From the NCBI RefSeq assembly GCF_009914755.1, contig NC_060933.1: a stretch of 64,000 nt of DNA. One strand, written 5' to 3'. Numbering within the stretch: position 1 is the first letter of the stretch; each line of letters opens with the position of its first letter. Made by a program: the position numbers and the translations under genes. The stretch is from the human T2T-CHM13v2.0 reference genome, Homo sapiens. Below the pieces are notes generated by a model. The model was not told the DNA's origin. It was given only the letters and a program-made list of their open reading frames with translations, and did no database searches. Shown piece after piece: positions 56,716 through 64,000 of this stretch.

Positions 56716-58384
56716 CTAATGCAAATGGATCTAAAACTGTGATACCCTGAGTTTAGCTGTTCAGCTTGCAAGATCTTAGCCCAGAATTATTTAACCACTA
56801 GTTGAAAAAGGTGAAGGACTAGGAGTTTAAGCTTTTATATGGGCCCGTTTGTTCCCCTTTAAGCCTGTATTTTCTTTGTATTGCTGAATTTTGTTGATGC
56901 TCAAAGAATGAGCTAAGTCTTTCTATCTGGGTTGGGTTAAAGACGTTATTTTCATTTCTTTTTTAATAAGATAGAAAAAGCATCATTTCGCTTTTACTAA
57001 AAATGCACTTTATAAAGTGAATTTCTCAAATTTAAATATGAGGGCATGAAAGGATAGAAAACAATGTTTGTCAGTCCATAGATATGACATATCTTATAAA
57101 ACAAAACAAACAAACAAAAAAGCCCACCTCTGTAGGATTTCCCAGCCTGCTGTGCTTCATTTTAGATTGTAGAGCTATGATTAAGAAAAACCTGCTTTTT
57201 CTTTTATCTGTGCCACATATTGTATTCATTCTCCTCTAAGCTATTATGAGCACTCAGGTCCCTAAACTGAAATCCTTTTAAAATTTCTGTCTTCAGTCTC
57301 TTTGTAAATATGCTAAGTTATTCTCCACACTCCCTGCCACCAATGAGCAGACTTAATCGAGATAATATGCAAAATGTTATTTCTCCACTGTTTACACCTC
57401 CAAAAGGGGAGCATTATTTTCAAGTCAAGATACCTAGTGTAAAAGTAAGGGTGTTGGAGGATAATCCTGTGATTGCATAGCTTGTTGAGATGCACTGCCC
57501 TAGCCCAATTCTCATTTTGATTTATTTAAGTTTGGAAATAACAGTATTAAATTAGCAAAGACAAGCAATGAACAAAGCCCTGGAGATGAATTAGCCATTG
57601 TCTCTGGTCCATTAATCTCCTCTTCAATTCTAGAGAATTGTGGCTCACCCAGACCCGAAGATCAAATAAAATGCCTAATTGGGAAAATCCTAAACAAGTG
57701 TGTCCTGGGGAGCTTGAATTTATTTGTCACCCGCTCAAACAACTGTGTTGTTTATATAAGTCTTTAAAACCCTGATACTTTTCCGCTACTATGTCTTAAT
57801 CCCTGGTTCTTTATGCTCAGGAGGGCAATTTAGAGTTGTTTTCAATTAAGTAGAATGGAGAGGGGCACTTATTCCAAAAACAGATAGCTGTGTTGTGAGT
57901 ATTTTGCCAAACATGCTGAGTGGTTTAGATTTAAGCATCAGGTTGGGAGAAGCTTTGGGATCTCCTTGAAGATAATGATATCTGCTGTTTGGTGCTTTTA
58001 ATATCAGTAATACATAGTTGAACATAATCACAATTAACGACATAAATGTGGCAAGGAAGGTTGAGATGTTAAGGCTAAACACAAATGTGAAGCAAAGAGC
58101 TGAGATAATTATCTAGGATGGCAATCCAGATCATGCAATACTTTCGATTAGAATATGCAGATGATATGCAAATAATTGAGGTCAAAATTTTATTTAACAC
58201 CGGGCAAAATAGAATGAAAATCAATCCATTGAATTTTGTTCACACAGAGGTGGGACATTTATTTTCATGACCTAAAATGTACCAATACTTTATGTTACAT
58301 AGAAAAAGTCAGACTAGAAACTGGGTATCAACTTACTAACAGCAAAGTAACTACACACGCTGTTAATATTGACTCTGTCTCAAC

Positions 58385-58625
58385 AATAATTTAAACTGCA
58401 GTACTTAGGTTCCATCGTGTTTTACAAAACTCATGTCATTTAATTCTCACAGTGAACCAAGGGAAGATAATGTTATTAACTCAATTTCATAGGTGAACAA
58501 ATGGCGGCGGCATCTAAAAGTTAGAGATTCACCCAAGATTGGTCAGCTGGTGAGTGGGTGGAACCAAAGTTTGCACTCAAGTCTACCTACTTCTAAAGAC
58601 TAGGCTTTTGGTACTCAACTGCATG
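58385..58625 (-). mobile_element. MIR SINE
   Basis: TCATTTAATTCTCACAG ... CCCAAGATTGGTCAGCTGGTGAGTGG. Confidence 0.65.
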
Positions 58626-60204
58626 GCTATTAGCACTAAGTTTGCAGAATGACTAGTAGGGTTTGTTGAATGGGTTGTTTAAATAGAATAAAATATAAGT
58701 TAAAAAATTGACTAACTCTTAGATGAGACACAAGGGCATTAGATTTCAGAAGTGCATGAAGAAATTTTCTGCTTAGCAATATCTATGCAATGGTGAAAAC
58801 CCACTTAAAGTCTTCACTGTCTGTTTATTTGGCTAAACTGACTGATGGCAGGGTGTCTACTTTGTACTGTGTTCCTTCAGCCTGGCTCCCTATTTTTTGG
58901 TGTGTTAGTATAGTTTGTTTTCAGCTGAAGTTATTAATTGGGGCAAAATATTAACATGCTTGGGAATGTTGCATATGGATTAGGTCAACCTGTTGTTATT
59001 CTGACTTAATTTTCTATTATTGATCAGCTATACATTAATTTGTTTTTAAGAAATATTCATTGAGGTAAAACAGTCCATATTTAAGATGAAGAAGAATTTA
59101 AAGGAGAAGGGTTATGTGATGATAATTAGCCTGATACTTTAGGCATAACAATTTTAAATTTTGTTTATATTTAGGCTTATTGATAGTTATTAGGTTGGAC
59201 AATCATATATCAAATGGATTATTTAAATATTTTAATATATAATAATCACACTGTGATTTACCATGTACTTTTCAGTTAAGAGATGTATAGGTACAGTGTT
59301 TTACTTGATTTTCAAAATAGTCTTGTGGGTTATGACATTTTTATCATTTTCACTTTACAAATGAAGAAATAAAGACATACAAAAATAAGTGATCAGATTA
59401 ACTATAGCAGTAAAACAGATACCTGAAGTAAAACCTGGGTAAAAGAACAAAACATTGAGACAGGAGGGATTATACAAATATTAGAGTGAAACACTGAAAT
59501 ATTTTAATTATTCTACTTTACCTTTTATGTGAAATTATAACAACTAGTATGTTTGGAGTGGGCAAATCTAAGCATTCTCAACTCTTAAGGAGGCAAAATT
59601 TAGAGAAAGTCAACAATCCTGATAAGGGGCAAAAAAAAAAAATTAAAAAAAGATACTGACAGGTTGAAACTGATGTAAAATTTTTATGTAACTCAAACGT
59701 TTCTAGGGCTAATTTCTACAATTTCAAGTACTCAAAGAGAATTTTAAAATTGAGTAGGATTATAATCAGATTTTCTAACCTTAAAAGAGATACTTATTTT
59801 CAGTCTAAAATATTTACTCATACATTACTAATCAGTTATATATCAGTGAGCAACAGATCTCTGGAAGACTCTAGGTTTGTGGTCAATAACATTGAATTTA
59901 AGAAATCTCCCTCTCTCTCAAAATAGCATAATCTCCATGTTTGTTAATTAATGGAAGGTGATACTGAAGCGTTGTCTATATCTGATATTGGAAGGTGTTA
60001 GGATTCTGAAACTGTACTTGTAACAATGTAGCCAGGCAGTTCAGGCAGATAACATACTGATTGTTTAACCTTTTGCATAGAGAATTAATTATAGCTTGAC
60101 TTTGCTCATGTTTTGTTCTGGTTGTTTTAACACTGTGTAGCTTCTAATTGCCTTTTTAGAAGCATTCTATAAGAGAAGCAAAATTAATCTCACTGGCTAA
60201 TAAT

Positions 60205-60700
60205 TCATTTAGCCAGAAGTTAACAAAAATGTATTGATTACTTCCTATGCACCAGAAACTGTTAGAATCTGGACAAAACGTGGGCAAAAATGGACATACT
60301 CTCTGTTTTCATAAAATTTAATGTCAAGTGTAAAAGACAGATATTAATCAAGTAATGTGTAACAAATAATATGAAACTACTTTCTTAAAAGTCATGAAAG
60401 AGAGGTATATTGTAGTCTGTAACTATGAGAACATATGATTCAGGAAACTAAATTCGTCTGGAGAGTCTGGTAATGTTTCCTTGCAAAATCAATGAATAAA
60501 TGAAGAGTGAATATAAGTTAGGTAAAAAGTGAAGGAAAGAGCAGCTGTACAATGGGTACAGTCCATGCAAAAGTCTCATCACAGGAAGAAGCAAGGCATA
60601 CACAGTGATTGGGGAGGAGAAAGTGAGGAAGAGTATGGTGGATTATGAGACTAGAAAAATGGGTTGGTAACCAACCCTGTAGGAATTTGGCTTATTAATC
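60205..60700 (-). mobile_element. L2 LINE 3' region
   Basis: AAATGTATTGATTACTTCCTATGCACCAG ... AGACAGATATTAATCAA ... CAGTCCATGCAAAAG. Confidence 0.65.
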
Positions 60701-60774
60701 CCAAATGGTCATTTCTTCATATGTATATATATTCAATACATTGAGAACTTATTATACACAATAGATTTGCTATG

Positions 60775-61173
60775 AATGATGGTTAATTTAATGGGTCCAG
60801 TTGGCTTTGTATGGTGCCCAGATGTTTGGTCAAACATGCTTGTAGATGTTTCTATGAAGGTGTTTTCTTGGATGGGATTAACATTTAAGTTGATGGGCTT
60901 TGAGTAAAGCAGATTACCTTCCATAATGTGGCTGCACCTCCTTCCATCAGGTGAAGGACTTAATAGAACAAAGACCATCCTCCACTCATCAAGAAAGACT
61001 TATGCCAGGAGACTGCCTCTGAACTCAAACAGTGAGTTTCCCGTGGTCTGTAGCCTGCCAGTCTACTTTGTAAGTTTTGAATTTACCAAGTCTTCAAAGT
61101 CATGTGAGCCAATTTTTAAAAGTTACTCTTTCTCTCAGTGTTTCTCTCTGTTCCTCTAGATAGGTAGATAGAC

Positions 61174-61215
<42 letters not shown>

Positions 61216-61298
61216 GAACAGATAGAGAGAGAGAGAGATGATAGAGAGAGAGATCGATCCCATTGGTTCTATTTCTCTAGAGAACCCTAACTAATACA
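60775..61298 (+). mobile_element. MLT2D-like ERVL solo LTR
   Basis: TGATGGTTAATTT ... GAGTAAAGCAGATTACCTTCCATAATGTGG ... GAGAACCCTAACTAATACA. Confidence 0.85.
61157..61254. repeat. (TAGA)n + (GA)n STR inside the MLT2 LTR
   Basis: Includes an uninterrupted (TAGA)9. Confidence 0.95.
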
Positions 61299-62754
61299 CT
61301 AGGTTATTATAATGATGGAGGACATACCTATTTGGATACTTAAGGCAGAGTTTAAAACTAATAAGCAGGTAAGAAATACAGTGTGGTAATATGAAACTAA
61401 GACAAATAAGTGAGCTAGACAAATCACAGTAAGAGCTATAAGAATGAGAGCATCTGGTGGGCCACAGTGCCTAGGCAGGCTCAAGGAGTTGGTAGGACTT
61501 GACAGATGGGACAGGGGAGGGTAGCCCGGTTATGGTATGCAGTAGAGTAGAGGGAGAAGTAAGTGTGGGATGTTTGCAAGCCTCTGAGCAGAACAGCCTG
61601 GATAAAGTAGAGTCTTCTGTTAATAAGCCCTCAAGCCTGGCATTCATCCCTCCCTCAAGAGGAGTATCAGAACCCAGAGCTATCTTGTTTTTAGAAGGAA
61701 GACACTGTGTGGAGGGAAACTGGATGTGTGGCAACCTCACAGGAAAGGCAAGTTGATAAGATTTTCTTTATGAATTATTCAGAAACAGAAAATTAAGTAA
61801 CGAGTCCTGTATGATAGTCTAGTTCTATCTGGATTGTTTTCACCTCACAGGGGGATACAAAATAAGATGAGTAGAGCAAAAAGAAAGTAAAATAACCAGT
61901 CAGCCAAATATAGCGAGAGAAACAGTGCCTTGGACTCACAGCATGTGGACTCAATGAGAGACGTGCTCCTGAGGGAGCGGTAAAGCAAGCCTTCTGTTCA
62001 CTGGTGATGCGAACCTACGAGCGCGAACTGCATTGCCAGAGTCCTTTACTGCTCTTTATGCAACTAGGTTAATCCTTTTTGTTGCTTCTTTCTTTCTTTC
62101 CGGAAAAGAACTCAGAGAGGATTTTACTGTAGGTAATGTCTGGGAACAGTTCTTTCTTTTATGTGCACTGTGGTGCTTGCTGCTATAAAGCCAGTGACTT
62201 AGCCAACTTTGAAGTCATCAGTTCTGATTTGTCACTCAGTAGGTTCAGTTTATGGGGGCAAAGAACCAAGCCATCCCATTCTGGGGAGGTATAGGATGCA
62301 TTTCTTATGAGCTGCTAAAGGCAGAGGTTCATTTGTTCCATGGTCTCAACTGCTCTAAATAACAGATTAGTGAGATGTTGCACCTGACATTTAACCCTGG
62401 GCATTAATTAAAAGTGGCCTGCTGTGATATTTGGGCAGGTGTGGGTAGAAGTAGGCAGTAGTAATACTGCTAGAGAGCAAGCTGTGAAAATCTTTTAACA
62501 GCATTTTCACATATTTATGTTGTAGAAATGTATTTTAATGACACTGACATAATTTTAGGGCAAAAGAAATAGCGTATCTCAAAAAATTCAGTTGTATTTT
62601 GCATTCAGTTGATGAGGAGGTAAGACACGGTACAGAGTGTTTCACTATTATTCAGCTTAATCACAATGTGTAGTCAATTTACAATATATACCAAGCCCTG
62701 TGTTAGGCAGTCTATATGCTTTCTTTTATTGTCATGTTGGAACAACGTGTATTT

Positions 62755-62890
62755 AACCTTTAGTAAATTTTATTGAGCACTTATTTTGTGCCAGTTGCTG
62801 GAGATGTAGCTGTGTACACAATAGATGAGGTTTCTCATGTCAAGGAAGTTAAATTCTGGTCAGCCACAGACAATATTCAAAAGTAGTGTG
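62755..62890 (-). mobile_element. L2 3' fragment
   Basis: TTTATTGAGCACTTATTTTGTGCCAG. Confidence 0.7.
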
Positions 62891-62891
62891 A

Positions 62892-63345
<454 letters not shown>

Positions 63346-63349
63346 GAAG

Positions 63350-63460
63350 AGTGGAAGTTCCACAAAGACAGGGGTTTGTGTCTGTTATATCTACGGTTTA
63401 ACTTCATCAACTAGAACAGTACCTGACAAAAAATATATACAACAACACTGTTTGTTAAAT
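63350..63460 (+). mobile_element. L2 3' terminal fragment
   Basis: AAGTTCCACAAAGACAGGG ... CTAGAACAGTACCTGACA ... TTTGTTAAATG. Confidence 0.6.
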
Positions 63461-63832
63461 GCCTGGAAGGTAAGAGATGAAGATTAGAGACACTGAATTC
63501 TTTGTCCATGGATCCCTATGCCTATAAAATACATAAGCCTTCTAGATATTATTTGTTTTTTCATTTTCTACTTTTACATTTGTTTTCAATTGAGGAAAAT
63601 TCTAACTTAAAAGCTCAAACCTTTCCCCACATGTTCTCTTGTCTGAATATTGAGGGGATTTTGTTGTTGTTGTTGTCACTCTTGTTAGAGTTGTTATTTT
63701 GAGTATAGCTTTCTTACATTTCAATTGAAACCATTATTCACAGAAAGTTAACAAAATGTTGATATCAAAAACAGTTTCTAAAGTACTGCCTATATCACAC
63801 ACATTCTTTTAGGTATAGAAGATACAAAAATG

Positions 63833-64000
63833 GGCTGGGTGCGGTGGCTCATGCCTGTAATCCCAGCACTTCGCAAGGCCGAGATGGGTGTATCACCTGA
63901 GGTCAGGAGTTCAAGACCATCCTGGCCAATATGGTGAAACCCCGTCTCTACTAAAAATACAAAAATTAGCTGGGCGTGGTGGCGAACGCCTGTAGTCCCA
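63833..64000 (+). mobile_element. AluS, cut by window end
   Basis: Left arm, linker and start of right arm. Confidence 0.95.

Noticed and set aside
61921-62045. RE1/REST site, tRNA-like B-box (minus GGTTCGCATC), SECIS or HDV-like ribozyme in the 62-kb element
   Set aside because: RE1 has several core mismatches; no cloverleaf or properly spaced A-box; no SECIS AA spacing; P3/P1 of an HDV fold cannot be built

Overview
Primate (human-like; AluY present) AT-rich genomic DNA. I see no recognisable protein-coding gene, RNA gene or CpG island. The longer ORFs in the track come from decayed L1, Alu, MaLR or mariner sequence, or are chance ORFs. Roughly half the window is interspersed repeat. Main elements: an old 3'-deleted L1PA carrying two AluY and a THE1D LTR, fused to a full-length HSMAR2 mariner; a 10-kb four-level nest (L1ME > L1MC > THE1C provirus > AluSc); an MSTB-type provirus with an MSTA LTR and an Alu nested in its 3' LTR; an ancient RTE-X (L4-like) RT remnant; and many MIR, L2 and MER relics. 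The most interesting observations are: a CpG-retaining element at ~61.9-62.15 kb with a G-U-rich extended hairpin and splice/promoter-like signals; a 63-bp locally templated insertion at 42.65 kb; a 77-bp TSD-flanked retrocopy; a CpG-rich MSTA LTR; and a strong + strand bias of LTR/L1 insertions, which hints at a minus-strand host transcript. Subfamily names come from recalled consensus sequences, and boundaries of old repeats are approximate. No novel system is demonstrated; the findings are candidates.
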